Counted from the first letter of the stretch, positions 1 to 13,177 are shown. The stretch: DNA of 64,000 bases from Tubiluchus corallicola (GCA_030141605.1 JAQGDQ010000039.1:310001-374000); one strand, 5' to 3'. The notes: generated from the letters alone by a model not told the origin. Numbers and translations: made by a program.

Positions 1-488
1 TTGATTGATGCGCTTTACTAAAACAACAGAGGACGCTATGAAGCAAAAAGTTGAAACAATTATGATAATCATATCGAAATTTATTGTGTAGTGTTGTGAC
101 AGATAGAATATAACAATTTATAATGCATATTACCTCTAATAATCACATTAGGGGACTCTTTAATCCTCGTAGTCGCTAAAGTGCAAGCCAAATGCATGTT
201 AGTAATGTAACTCGTATTCAGAATAAGCCATCAGAAGCAGGTAACTCAGAAATGAGTTCATCAAAGCAAGCAGTTTTTCTATCGTAGGTACAGTAACGGT
301 TTTGTTGTGCATTGTTTTCTGCGTACGTAGCACATGTATTTTTCCCTGCTTACGTAGAAGAGCTGTATTTAGTCTCAGAAGTGGACTGTTTTTTTAGTCA
401 GAATACTGTTATTAATAACTTGCTGTTCAATACCGATACAGTTTTTAGATCGGACGTTTTTAGATCGGACATTTTTAAGGGTAGCAAA

Positions 489-576
489 GAATTTTATGCC
501 ATACCCATTCTAACTAACCCTTTCTTGTATACGAATTTTATGCCATACCCATTCTAACTAACCCTTTCTTGTATAC
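489..576. repeat. Direct tandem duplication, 44-bp unit x2
   Basis: GAATTTTATGCCATACCCATTCTAACTAACCCTTTCTTGTATAC occurs at 489 and again at 533. A 15-bp duplication (GTTTTTAGATCGGAC x2) lies at 441-470. Confidence 0.9.
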
Positions 577-581
577 AGTAT

Positions 582-865
582 AAGTTTGAAAAAATAATCA
601 GAGCATTCGTAACGCACAAGTCACTAACTAAGCTAAAGTCGAAATTACTGTATATATTGTCAATAAGATTGAAAATACGCTTTTTGGTTAGTGAGTGGTG
701 CACCCTGGAGGTGAGTCAACGACATTTTACCAATTATTGGCGAAAGCATTTTAAATAATTAATACTTTTCTTTTCAAGTTACATAAGTCTTTCAAGCAGG
801 TAAGCGAAATACTAAGTAATATAACTCTTCATGGAAAGTTTTTTGGGACATGGTTTAACATTTCC
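582..865 (+). repeat. Dispersed repeat, copy 1 (related to 7099-7386)
   Basis: Collinear blocks AAGTTTGAAAAAATAATCAGAGCATT, TGTCAATAAGA, AAGTCTTTCAAnCAGGTAA and ATGGAAAGTTTTT are shared with 7099-7386. Probably an old non-autonomous transposon. Confidence 0.7.
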
Positions 866-1852
866 TTTTCTTCCCTTGATTTACGTTGTGCGTATATGAC
901 GCCATGTAATGGTGCGGTCGGAACAGTACTGAGGGAGATATAAAATGAAAACTGTAACATCGTGTGACAATAAAACACGTTTGCAAATTATTTTTGCCTT
1001 TATAGATAAGTGTCAGGATTATTATTTCAATTTACAGAGCGAACATTGTACAGGACATTATAAAAAAACAGTCTTTCAGCAAATAACACTAACAAAGTAG
1101 TAGTTTACCAAGACGAGGTCTTCTCCAGTACTTGGGTAGGACCGGTCCTTCTTCACGCACGTTGTAGTAATGCGGCAGAATTCGGTCTCCAGTGGAAGTT
1201 GGCTAAGTTAGAGTCTCTTCGTGGGCAGCGGGTAGCCTTTTCCAGGTAGCCAATACGTCTCATATCCAGGCCTCGAAAGCTAGCCGACCAATCAGAAACG
1301 AGTTCTGGGTGAAATGATCTCAATAGTTCAGTGACGAAGCTTTCACATTTGTTCAAAGTTGGACATAATATTGTCATGGAAAAAATTGTTGCTAAACATT
1401 TTTTTTTGAAAAATAAAAGTGATGTTGAAACGAAACGAATTTTATCTTCTTCTGCCTAATAACATATTTAAGGTAGCTTAACAGAAAATGGCTTCAATTA
1501 ATGGTTAACTTTGTCAAAAATAATGCTACTCTTGACTAAAGATGGCAGCACAAGCTTGGAACATTAAATCATTACATCAATATTATCCATCGTTAGGTAA
1601 ACAATACGTGATACCGTTTAGGTTAATACTTAAAGTGAAAAATAATTAGTAGCAGTAATCTGCTAGAAGGGGGACCATCACAAAAACAAACAAAAAATCC
1701 TTTCAATGCGAGTACGATATATGTATAAAATTGCTATAAAACAATACAATTTTTAAGGCAATTTTTCTTAAACTTACTTCAGGTGCCCCTTTTCTTGTCC
1801 TTTAAACTTGTTACAGTATGCATGCAATATGTACTTGTTATTCTGTGTTAAC

Positions 1853-2216
1853 GGCGCGTTCAGACTAACGAGTTTTCTCTCTGACAGCAAACGAGCAAGT
1901 GTGAATGCTTTCAATTCACTTCAATTCAATTGAATTCATACTTTTATTTCAGACTTAAAATACAGATATAAACAGCCTTGCGAGTTACTGGCGGCAAGTT
2001 ATTGCGAATTCTTCGACCGTTGCTGTGAGTTGATTTCCTGCGTACTGTCTAGTGTGAACTGTACGGTATAAGAGTACGAAATGATAAGGCAGCTACTTGC
2101 AATGAATAGAGAAATCAGTGTCAGCTAGCGCTTGCTGTCAGAAAATAAGATTTGCTCTCTAATCTGAACACGCTTGCGAGTTGACTTGGTAGAAAACTCG
2201 CTAGTCTGAACGCATA
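1853..2216. mobile_element. MITE (possibly PIF/Harbinger-like)
   Basis: Terminal inverted repeats GCGTTCAGACTAACGAGTTTTCT (from 1856) and AGAAAACTCGCTAGTCTGAACGC (to 2213); no coding capacity. Superfamily is inferred. Confidence 0.75.
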
Positions 2217-2559
2217 TGAACTCTTTTGTGTGTATATGACACGCGCGCCGCGGAATTTATAAAAAGTAGAAACACATACGTGCTACTAACATTCATCCGT
2301 AATACGTTCCTTGGACTAAATGATATCTTATTTTTATCTGTGTAACACTGTCATAGCATTGGCATTAGCCGCAGTGTGTAACTTTGTCAAAATTTGTCAA
2401 GCTTTGTCAGATAGAATTTGACAATTAAACATTCTAGAACCATTTCGTGTGTAACAATTCTCCACTTTGGACGCGAAAGTAATTGCAAACCGTTGCGTGA
2501 TCATACTTTATAAAAATTTAACGCTAGGCACTCGTGAAATGTAGACCTGCATGGGTTTG

Positions 2560-2893
2560 CCAGCAATGGCGGAAGTGACTGTTCATCTTTCATGAATTTC
2601 CGGTTTAAATGAGGTAACAAATAAGGTATCATGGATGGACGACGAGACTAACCCGCCAACGCATTATTTAACAGCAAACGCTCCCCAAGTATCGAAACAA
2701 CAGCATTTCTGGACTCTGTTCTTTCCGTCTGCTTTCATATAACAGCCATCGATTATTTCATCTGATGATAGAGGCTTCTGGCATGACGTCACCGCTGTGT
2801 ATACTAGCCACACGGTGTGGTTAGCTTTTCGGTTTTCTCTGCAATATGGCTCCTATTCCAAGTCTACCTGGTGCTAGTAGAACGGACATGCAG
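2560..2893 (+). promoter_or_regulatory. Putative promoter and first (5' leader) exon of the SLC7A4-like gene
   Basis: Locally CpG-richer patch containing ATGGCGGAAGTG (YY1/ETS-like, 2566-2577), palindromic TGACGTCA (CRE, 2784-2791) and a donor CAG|GTACGT at 2893/2894. A matching acceptor TTTCAG|G sits at 8978/8979, upstream of the ATG. No transcript evidence. Confidence 0.45.
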
Positions 2894-5239
2894 GTACGTT
2901 TAGTATTCGTACGGAAGCTGTAATAGAACAGTAAGAGAAGATTGTGTCTGTTTCTTTCTCTAGCTGAGGGTACTGCTATGTGTGTGTGTCAGACAAAATA
3001 CTGTAGGCTGACTATTATACTATTTGAAGACTAAACTAAAACTTAACCAGCCGCTAGCAAAATCAGACCTTGAAGGCCTAAAAGCTCTACGATTTAATAT
3101 ATTTTAATACAGTACATAAGTAGCAAAACAGGTATGTTAGCAAGTTTAAGCAATGTTTTACAAATTTCTGAACGGTAAACAACTAAAGACAGTAAAAGTG
3201 AAAAATGTCTGGGGAACATATTATCTGATGATTATAGCGGTGACGTAGACATTGTTAACCAGTTAAGATTATATTATGAAATAGCTAATGCACTTTGTAA
3301 CAAAATCGCTCAAAGGAAAAAAGTATCTTGTTCATATCGTATTGCAGTGGAATCTATTGTAGTAGCGTATGGATATCCTATAATATTGCAAAGCTCAGAT
3401 CGGCGTATAATGTTGCTTTTAGTATTTTTTTTAAATATTACGAATTAGAAAAGAGAGCGTCGTACATTTTAAGTGATTATGAGTAAATAGACGTTTGTTT
3501 TATTAGCTTTTGTATAATGCCACATCTTTTATTTTGTATGTTTTAACTATTACGATAGAAATTCCGAAATAAAGGATAATCAATTCATTCTCAATTCTCA
3601 TGTGCATCATTCTCAAATGCAAACAGTTTCTTACAGGCTGTGACTCTTCAATATTAGTTTATAATATTGTACTTATAACCATGCCCGCACTATATGGTTA
3701 ACGTTATTACAATTCAGCCCTGTTAATCTATAAGGGTAAGCTGCTATATATACATTGTGTACAGGCGGCATTGCATTGTACGCCAAGTTGGTTTGTGTGA
3801 AACGCAAAAGCAAGGTTACTGCATGCACAAGTTCAAAAACCGTTTGCATTGTCTCAAGCTCAGGTTTAGCTCTGATGTTGATGTCAGTAGTTTAATTAAA
3901 TTCTTTGGTGGAACATTTATTCTAGCATCCACGTAGCTGCATTGTGATATCTATAGCGACTAGTGTCCTATGACTTGATGATGATGTGTAGACTGTCATA
4001 ATCGACCTTGTTTTGCTTGCTATTTAAGTTTTTAATCGTGTAGTTACTGGCAATATTAATTTTGTACTTAGCCCATGCATTACTTACTAACCTAGTGTGA
4101 TAACTTGTACTATTCTTGTTTATTTGCTTTTTAAGCCGACTTATTTGGGCTTTGTGAAAGTCATTTTGAAGTTGTTGTTCACTCACTTTGTTATGATTGA
4201 GTTTAGGCACAGCAGTATGAATAGGAATAAAAAATCTATAATACATATTTACACTGCACACAACAGAAAAGTGTTTATTAAAACTACAGAAACATGAGTA
4301 GCACAACTGCTGCACTGAACACTGAGAGACAGAGTCTTTAGAAAGCAAAAACAGTCAGTATATATAGGTATAGGACTTGACCTATGCAGATTTGCACAGG
4401 CTTCACAACAACAATTACCTTTAAATAGGGAGAGGGCCAGTGTGTATGCATTCACTGGACCATACAATTCTACTGAGGGTAAGTCAGCTGGTAGAATGTA
4501 ACAGGATTAGCCCATAGATGGCAGCACCTAATTAAAATGTACAATTCCAACTTCCACAGGCTTATCTTACCTGTGATCAGCCGCTTATAATTAAACTTAG
4601 GTGGTTTTAATGTTTCGTAACATTTTTATATATGTACTGTACCATACATCTACCCACAGGTAATAATAAAGCTACAGCAACTGAAATGACAAACAGTTAT
4701 GAAACAAAAGTACATTTTCAATTTCTCTTCGACTCAGAAATTGAGGTTGTTCACTAACTTGTCAAGAAATGCAAGACATTCATTACTAATAGCAATTCCA
4801 AGGTCATCAGTGTTACATCAAGGTTACAGGTAAACAAGCACTGCATTTTCACAAACAAAAAGCTCATCACTGTTACGTCAATGTTACATGCAGATGATAA
4901 TACAGAAAGAGGAAATCAGTGAGCAGTTAATGAACAATAGCAAGTTTTAATAAGACATGTGAGGTGTAACAATGAGCGGGATGTGTGTGTTTGTTGATTG
5001 AACCATCAATACGTACATTACATTGCAAACAAATAAACAAGACAGATTTAATCAACAGTGAAAGAAACGTTTGCTAGAGACAAAAACCCCTTGCAAAAGA
5101 ATATAGTGGCTCAAACGTACAAAACAAATAATTAATTCGTACAAGCATTAAAGATCGTTATCACAACAATGTTACATAAAATAGTATTAATAACTCTTTA
5201 CACAATTGTATCTACATTTTATTTAGACAATAACTGTTT

Positions 5240-5560
5240 CCTAGTCCAAAAGGCTGATTACAGAAAAGCTACAATAACCTTGCAAAATTCAATATCTTGA
5301 CTACTCATTATAAAGACAAACTTATCATTGTCATTTGGTATGGCAGAAAATACAGGGAACAAATTTTCAATATTGTTAAAACGTGTCAATCTATCATCCT
5401 GATAACGTGGACGTTTTTTAACTAAGTGAATTTCATCTTCGATTTGGTTCAGGTCACAATAAACGCAAATTCGCTTACGCATAGGTATCTTATAAGGATT
5501 GTGGTACGCCATTCAATGGCCAATCTATGGGGGCTTATCCTAAATAATTGATGTGCGGTA
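5240..5560 (-). mobile_element. Non-LTR retrotransposon (LINE) ORF2 C-terminal fragment
   Basis: Translation ..ISPHRLAIE..RICVYCDLNQIEDEIHLV..PRY matches the Cys/His C-terminal motif of LINE ORF2; frameshifted. A related copy lies at about 30700-31110. Confidence 0.75.
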
Positions 5561-5913
5561 TAATAATTATACTAGTGACGAGCAGGTACGATCTCGTATA
5601 ATTTCATACTACTCGTTATAGAATCTTTATAGAATGGCTTACTAGCTTGACCACTCAAACAAAGCCTAGCAAGTATTATGAGTTTCATATAATAATGTGT
5701 CAAGTGTGCCATGCACGCCTATAATGTTTTATAGACTGTTGTGCATCAATGCGAAATGATCAATATACGTGAATGTTTTCTTGCTCTTCACTGCATTATA
5801 TTATTGTACACATAATTTATGCATCAGTTACGTAGGTATATCAACAATGACTTGCTGCACGTGTTCAATAACTTATCTAGTAGTAAGGCAGTTCTGATCA
5901 AAGAGGGATTCTG

Positions 5914-6172
5914 ATGACTCGAGTCTGCCTCTTTGTGACATCTATTACAAAAAATATCTTCTTAAATGCGCCATGTTAGAAAATAGATCTTAAACTTGTC
6001 TTCTAGTGGTCAAATTTTTACAGAGGCCTTATTGAGCGGAAATGACTCGAGTCTGCCTCTTTGTGACATCTATTACAAAAAATATCTTCTTAAATGCGCC
6101 ATGTTAGAAAATAGATCTTAAACTTGTCTTCTAGTGGTCAAATTTTTACAGAGGCCTTATTGAGCGGAAATG
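5914..6172. repeat. Perfect 128-bp tandem duplication
   Basis: ATGACTCGAGTCTGCC...GAGCGGAA starts at 5914 and again at 6042, identical by eye, with ATG microhomology at the junction. Confidence 0.92.
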
Positions 6173-7098
6173 CATTAAGTTTGCCCCACCAGTGGCTATT
6201 GTTGTACAGTTTTATTGTTGCTGTCATTGTCATCGTTGTTGTTGCTAAAGTTGAGAGGCGAAACAGAGACAAACAAATTTGATTGCACTTATAGGATTAC
6301 ATGAAACAAATAACAATGACCGTAAACAAAAGAACTGCTCCAATTAGAGTTAAATTAAGTTTGAAAATTATGCTTAAGATTTAAATGCAATTCAACGAAT
6401 AAAATATATTGTAATTGAAAAAATTTGGATTTGAATGTAAATTCTTTGCTCCTTTTTCTCATTTCAGCTAAACTATCCAGAATATTACCATTCCAGTAAC
6501 AGACTTTTTGAAACGCCCCGTAGAAACGCAGCACATTTCCCTCAATTAATGTAAACTAATGCGATTTGCAGAATGGCAATTTTCCCTTCTGTTGGTCTAG
6601 ACTCAGGAGTGCCGTTGTTCTATAGTACGTAAATGTCAAAGGCACATGTACAGAGACTACACACACGCGACGTATGTATGGAGGGAAAACTTGTAAGCAA
6701 AAGAATAGTAGGTTCCAAAGGCGCGTTCTAGGATCATTTATTAGGCCTACAAATGACTAACGTTTTGTGCGTCCATGTAACAATGCGAGTTATTAATTTG
6801 ACAATGTCACAGCAATACCTGCATGTAATAACTGAAAGAACCTTTAAAATTGCGTTCCTTCCGAGTTTACGTTAAGAGATTTACGTCAAGTTAAAGAACA
6901 AGAAAACACTATTCGTTATAAAGCTTAAAAATTCGTCTTGAAATTGTTTTTATCACTTACATGCTGTCCAACAGGATACAGCGCTTGCGTTTGCAGTAGT
7001 TCTGTATGCAACTTGTGAAATTAGACTCCCGCGATGATCGTTAGAGGAAGCCATTTTAATGGAAAGTTTTTTCCTACAAGTTTTGGTAACATTGTGTA

Positions 7099-7386
7099 AA
7101 GTTTGAAAAAATAATCAGAGCATTTGCTGCACGGTTCGATTGCTAACGGAAAGTTTAAATTACTTTGTTTTGTCAATAAGAAGAACAATAATGTGATTTT
7201 TGGTGAATCTGTGGTGTACACTGGGTTAACGATGCAGTGCCGTGTCACCGGGTGGCCGGTGCAAATATTTTAATTTATCAAGAATTTTCTTTTCCAATTA
7301 CACAAGTCTTTCAAACAGGTAAACGTAATGCCAAGTGATGTAACTTTGTATGGAAAGTTTTTCTGAGATATACTTTAAAATTCCCC
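7099..7386 (+). repeat. Dispersed repeat, copy 2 (related to 582-865)
   Basis: Same collinear blocks as 582-865. Confidence 0.7.
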
Positions 7387-7439
7387 TTTAAATCAATTCG
7401 ATAACTAAGTCTGCTTTTATACACTGAAGGCTAGAGTTC

Positions 7440-7676
7440 AGCACTCATGCCCGTGGCCACTCAACAAGATGTTTGTGGCGTGACCTGGCTCATTATCTAA
7501 GATGAGCTACTGAATAAGCAGAGGAGTCGCAGCCATGTTGCAATGTAAATAAATCCTTCCTCTGCTGTTTATGTACAAGATTTACGAATGATGCCGCGCG
7601 AGGCATGCTTCGAACTCTCAGAGGCCACATGTCGCTCACATAGAGTGCACATACCCACTCAGCCATGAACACCACC
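7440..7676 (-). mobile_element. tRNA-derived SINE-like element
   Basis: Minus strand reads GGTGGTGTTCATGGCTGAGTGG (A box) ... GAGTTCGAAGC (B box); no full cloverleaf. 3' boundary approximate. Confidence 0.55.
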
Positions 7677-9043
7677 CTTTACATTTACTGTTAGCCTGCT
7701 TTCAACTTTAGTGGAAGCACGTTATATACACATAAATTTGTCACTTTCTTGCTTTTTTGTAAAATTTAATGAATTGTTACATAATTAATTTCTTAAAATT
7801 TATTTAGCCATTCATTTCGTTTTATTAACTTGTAATTTTTTATTTCATTGTAGTTTATTTCATTTTATTTTACTATTTGTATTCTATGCGGTCTCAACTG
7901 CCGGAATAATAATTTGAATTGAAAATAAACGTAGTCGAGAAAATATTCCAGCTTGGATATTAAATTACGGGTTGTTTGAAAGTCTCCTGCATGGTATTTG
8001 GAAGTTTTTAATGCGGTTATATATGCTGCCAAATTGTCGCTGCACAGTAAACGTAATTTAATAGCTTCCTCCGGACACCGACGAAACAAATTTAAATTTT
8101 ATAGTTATACAGCTACTCTACCATCTCTAACAACATTCAGTGGGCGTTTCACATAGATTTTGTAGATGCAATTAATTATTGCATCAACAGTAGGATGACA
8201 TCATTGTATCTTTGTGGAAGTGATGACTTTAATGTTGCTGTAAAATTTCTAATTGCATCCAAAATTACATTTAGAGTACTAAACGTTTTAATGTGATCAG
8301 GCCTTGGGATCTATATTATGTATTCATCTATTTTATTATCTGTTACCATCTATTTTATGGCAAATTTTAAGACAGTTATTGTTATTATTTTTTAAAATTA
8401 AAATTGTTATAATTATTATTCATTGTATCACATCTGCTAACCTTATAATTATGTATGTCTTTGCTTATCCGTACTTGTATGTATATCTGTTTGAGTTTAT
8501 TTGCATATATATTACTTTATTTTTTCTGAACTTCTGCTTGTACATATATTTGCATAGTGAGGATTCATGTATGTTTCAAAAACTGTCCAATCTGAACCAA
8601 ATAAACTGTCAAAACTAAACTAACAATAGCATGAGTTAAGTTTTTTTATACAAATCTCGCACTCAATGTCAATGTCCACTCAGGATGTGGAGCTGCGGTA
8701 AAAAATATGAACACATGTCCCTAAAAATAGAAGTCATAGAATTAATTTGTTAGTGACAGAAAGTATTTGCTTAAATGCTTTTTGAATCGAGTGGGGTTGT
8801 AGTATTCAGGGAAACAATTAATTTGGTAGAGAATTCATACATAAGAAGCCTGCAGGAAAAAGCCAAATAATTAGATTTGTAAGAGTTGTTTTACTCAGGG
8901 ATTGCGCAAAATAAGTCATAAGAAGCAACAGGTGATGTTTATAATGTAAAATGTTTCAAATAAATTTCATTATTTCAGGTTGGTATTAGTTAATTGATGA
9001 CTGCCACCAAAATTCTCTCTTGCAACTCAGAACTACATAGAAA

Positions 9044-9827
9044 ATGTCGAAGGTAGATCGAACAAAGGAGAAGCTATCCAGCATTGCTGCGGAGATGGGA
9101 GGCCACGTCCAAGTGTTTGGAGAAAAAATTTTGCGAACGAAAACCATCGCAGAAGATCCTATGGAAACTCCAATGAAAAGATGCCTGTCTACGTTTGATA
9201 TTACTCTACTTGGAATTGGTCACATGGTTGGTGCAGGTATCTACGTCATGACAGGTGCGGTGGCAAAAGACATTGCAGGTCCATCTATTATACTAAGTTT
9301 TGCATTGGCTGGATTCGCTTCACTTTTGTCGTCTCTTTGCTATGCCGAATTTGGAGCAAGGGTCCCCCGCACTGGTTCAGCATATACATACACTTATATT
9401 ACAGTAGGAGAATTCTGGGCATTTGTGATTGGATGGAACATCATTTTGGAGCATCTTCTTGGGGCGGCTGCTGTAGCTCGCTCCTGGAGTGGTTACCTCG
9501 ATTCACTGCTGGGCAACGTTATAAAAAATGGAACTATAGAGCACATTGGAAAAATGGAAGGAGTATTTATTGGGGAATATCCAGACTTTGTTGCATTCTG
9601 CGTTATAATCGTTGTGGGATGTTTTGTGGCCAGTGGTGCGCAAACTTCTATCAATTTTAACACTGCATTCACCTTCGTCAACATGGGCATTGTGATGTTT
9701 GTCATTGTGGGTGGTTTCTACTTCACCAACGTCAACAACTGGACCAATCCACATACTGGCGGATTTCTTCCATTTGGCTTCCATGGTGTAGTAGCTGGTG
9801 CAGCAACATGTTTCTTTGCTTATATTG
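9044..9827 (+). CDS. SLC7A4: Cationic amino acid transporter (CAT-4/SLC7A4-like), coding exon 1 of 5; model 9044-9827,10251-10942,11432-11623,19357-19465,23834-24051 (1995 nt, 664 aa)
   Basis: RCLSTFDITLLGIGHMVGAGIYV, LCYAEFGARVPRTGSAY and AAVARSWSGYLDS are CAT-family signatures, closest to SLC7A4 from memory. Donor G|GTAAG at 9827/9828. Confidence 0.92.
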
Positions 9828-10250
9828 GTAAGTTTTGCTTTTAAATTATAATATATATTATGCTAAACAGTTTTGGAAGGGTCTGCCAATTGAAGATTAT
9901 GTCCATTGTCCTCACATAAAAGCATTCATTGTCTTGTACATTGAACAGCATCAGAAATAAAAATCGCTTCATTACAGTTTTGAAAAACAGCAACAGAATT
10001 CAGAATTGCTATTATGTAAAAAAAATACTTTTGCTTGAAATATTAGCAGGAAAGTAAATTATCCTCCAATGCATTTTTTGGTGAATTTTATGTCGTTTTT
10101 CAGTAATACCATTTTTATAAGTACCATTGGTGCTTCCATGTGGCAGTATTCTTCTTTACCTGGATCAAGGTTCTTACAATATTGACTTCTCAACACTTGT
10201 ATTTTGGTGAGAATGTGACAAAATTAACTATACTAATGCAATAATTGCAG

Positions 10251-10942
10251 GATTTGATGGAATAGCCACTGCTGCAGAGGAAGCCAAAGACCCAGCCAAA
10301 TCTCTACCAATTGCAACAATAACGGCAATGTTCATTGTCTCCATCGCTTACGTATTGGTGTCAGCAGCACTGACACTGATGATTTCATACATGGACATCG
10401 AACCAACTGCAGCATTTGCTGAAGCATTTTCAGACAATGGGGTCCAGTGGGCAAAGTACGTAGTTGCAGTCGGAGCACTTTGTGGAATGACCACATCCCT
10501 GTTAGGGAGCATGTTTGCACTTCCTCGATGCGTGTATGCAATGGCATGCGATGGCCTCATCTTCCGCATATTCTCCAAGCTTAGTGCAAGGACGCAAGTT
10601 CCGGTCTTTGCCATTGCAATTTTTGGACTTCTATCTGCACTAGTGGCATTGCTGTTTGAGATCAAAACTCTAGTTGAGTTTCTTTCAATAGGAACATTAC
10701 TGGCTTATACCATAGTAAGTGCAAGTGTAGTTGTGCTAAGGTACAGGCCAGCCCACAAGATAAAGATCTCCAAGTCAAGGTCATCTATGTCTGCTACTTC
10801 GCCCCAAGGGGATTCCGGAAAGTATGAAAAGTTCGTAGAACCATCAGAGGAAGAAGATGGAGGTACACAGTGTAAAGGGGGAACACTGAAGCCATGCTTC
10901 CAGAAGCTGAAAATTTTAAATGCATTGGAGCCCGGTGTTGCG
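10251..10942 (+). CDS. SLC7A4: SLC7A4-like transporter, coding exon 2
   Basis: Acceptor TTGCAG|; splicing restores AYIG-FDGIATAAEEAKDP. Contains PRCVYAMACDGL and SIGTLLAY. Donor GCG|GTAAGT. Confidence 0.92.
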
Positions 10943-11431
10943 GTAAGTAACACAGATCTACATGAACAAAAATACAAACAAAATTGTAGATCATTGTAAC
11001 ATGAATCTAGCATTATGATCAATATTCTAGAAGCTTTGACCGAGACATGTCGGCAAGTCACATTAAAAACCTGAAGATCCTTACTAAATAATACAAAGTA
11101 TCATTTTATGCACTATTTTTGTTACATGCAAGCCTGTTAGACTAAAATAATTGAATAAAATCAACTATAATCATGAAATCAGTAACAAAATGTCAGTATC
11201 ACAGCAGCTTTGGGAGAATCAAAAATGTGAATTTTAATAATTTACTAAGTTTGCTCTTCTTCTAAAATTCTGAAACTTCTGAAATTGGCAGGCACCTAAG
11301 CAACTATTTCGCCGATTAATACACAGATGAACTGAACAATTTTTTGCTAAATTCAAGGCTGTTGCAATGTGATCTTGGCACTCATACCACTTTTTTAACC
11401 TGTTAACAATTGCTAATGTCTCGTTTTCCAG

Positions 11432-11623
11432 GTTTGCACTTCGGTTATCGCCATGATCGTTTTTATGATGTGCTTATGTGGAGTTGTCCAGAAAGGCATT
11501 GCTGATGTTGTTGTACCTCAGTGGTGGGCTATCATATTAGCACTCTTATTTGGCATTGGCATTATAATTTCTATTTTTGTCATCGTTATTCATGAACAGA
11601 GCACTGCTGGTCTAACCTTTAAG
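11432..11623 (+). CDS. SLC7A4: SLC7A4-like transporter, coding exon 3
   Basis: Acceptor TTTTCCAG|; two hydrophobic segments ending LTFK; donor AAG|GTAAGA; frame is preserved. Confidence 0.88.
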
Positions 11624-12224
11624 GTAAGAATTGTTTTAGTGTTATTGATATAAAAATTTCATGTTCAACACTATTGTGACTTTAGCATGCTCTCATAATT
11701 TCACAGCACTAAATGCACAATTCTGTGTTTTTAGAAAACATTAACATTACAGCTCAACATATTTTTCTACATTTGACAATGTTTATCATTGAAAGAAGGG
11801 CTAAAATACAGAAAAATGCTACTATTCTCAAAAACTACAAACTGTATCTTCTACCATATTTATTACAACATAGAAAATTAAATAACGTTTGAATGAAAGA
11901 CAGATTTTGATCACAGCACTTTTACAATTTTATTATAATTATTAACACTTCCTACATCACATCTATAAATCTGAATCAATTATTTAATGCCTTTTATTTG
12001 ACAGCTACATTGGAAAAAGGAAATCAGTCATTTTTTGCCCTTTCAATTACAGATGGTACATGTTGTAATGATCACATGTGCTGCACTTAATGATTAGTAA
12101 GTGTCCGGCAAATTTTGCAAATTCTTTTATTAAAACTACACACAATGCATTTAGCCGTGCAAAGTTTTTATTCTTCTTTATCTCTTCTTTCATTATTGTT
12201 TTCTTTATTGTAACGTATCACAAC

Positions 12225-12625
12225 TTATAAGTGACTAAAAACAAATCGACTGGCCCATTTTTCTAATTGTATATCTTCTTGTTCTGCTTTCTCTAGAAGT
12301 CGACTTGGTTTCCAGTGTTTGGCATTCGGAAACATATTTTGGTAGTACGTTAATCGTCCAAGTACCTTTTTCAAGCCTACAGATTGTGCATAATACATTG
12401 GACCACCTAAATGCCGCGGCCAGCCATAACCAAGCCAAACGACATCAATGTTGCTGGCAGTGGTTACAATCCTTTCATCAATTATATGGAATCCTTCATT
12501 TATCATAGGATAAATACATCTTTCTATTATTTCTTCATTGGTTATGGCCCTAGGCGTGATGTTGTGAGCACTCCTGTAGTTTTCCAACATTGACAAAGTC
12601 CACTCATCTTCGTATGCAACACGGC
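12225..12625 (-). CDS. EHHADH: Peroxisomal bifunctional enzyme copy 1, exon 4 (C-terminal, PTS1-like SHL)
   Basis: EEIIERCIYPMINEGF and GYGWPRHLGGPM motifs; ends FSHL-stop. Acceptor TCTTTTCAAG| at 12626/12625, with an in-frame alternative at 12646. Confidence 0.9.
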
Positions 12626-12963
12626 CTTGAAAAGAAGACCATTTTACTGATTAACATGAGTGCTACCACCTATCGAGAACAATGACGTGATCAAGATTTA
12701 AAGCTGCTTTGCTTTAAATATATTTGCATACAGCTAAAAAGTTGTTAGAAAAAACAAATATAGAGATAATGAACCATTTAGGAGACAGAAAGGAAGGTAG
12801 AAAAAAGAGGCAGATAAAGGGAAAGACAGAGGGGAGGAAGAAGGAAAGACTAAAAAATGTGAGAGGAGGGGAGACTGGGAGAAGAAAAAAAAGAGAAAGT
12901 GCGAGAGGGAACAGTGAGGGAGGTACTTTGAACGTAGTGTTGCAAGAATGTTGTGCAAAATAC

Positions 12964-13177
12964 CTTTATATTTGTACCATCCTGCTTGAGTTTTTCGACC
13001 TAGTCTTCCTTCGTGGGACAAGATGTCTGTCAGCGGATTAGTAAGACCGTAATCTTTTATATCTTTCTTATCTCTTAGAGATGGCCGCGTACCATGAAAA
13101 ATTGTATAATTTATATCTAGACCATTCATGTCTTCCATTTTAAAGGGTCCTATTCCCATACCAAAGTCTTCCATTAC
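12964..13177 (-). CDS. EHHADH: Peroxisomal bifunctional enzyme copy 1, exon 3
   Basis: VMEDFGMGIGPFKMEDMNGLD...GRLGRKTQAGWYKY; acceptor TTTTATAG|, donor G|GTATTT. Confidence 0.9.

Noticed and set aside
7590-7676. Possible tRNA gene
   Set aside because: A and B boxes are present but no acceptor or anticodon stems form, so it is treated as SINE-like.
8165-8186. C/EBP-ATF amino-acid response element ATTGCATCA (also TGATGCAAT at 55802)
   Set aside because: About one match is expected by chance in 64 kb of AT-rich DNA, and this one is half of a small palindrome, so it has no independent support.
12724-13041. Lys/Arg/Glu-rich plus-strand ORF
   Set aside because: It derives from the purine-rich strand of EHHADH intron 3 and is not listed as an ORF in the paralog.
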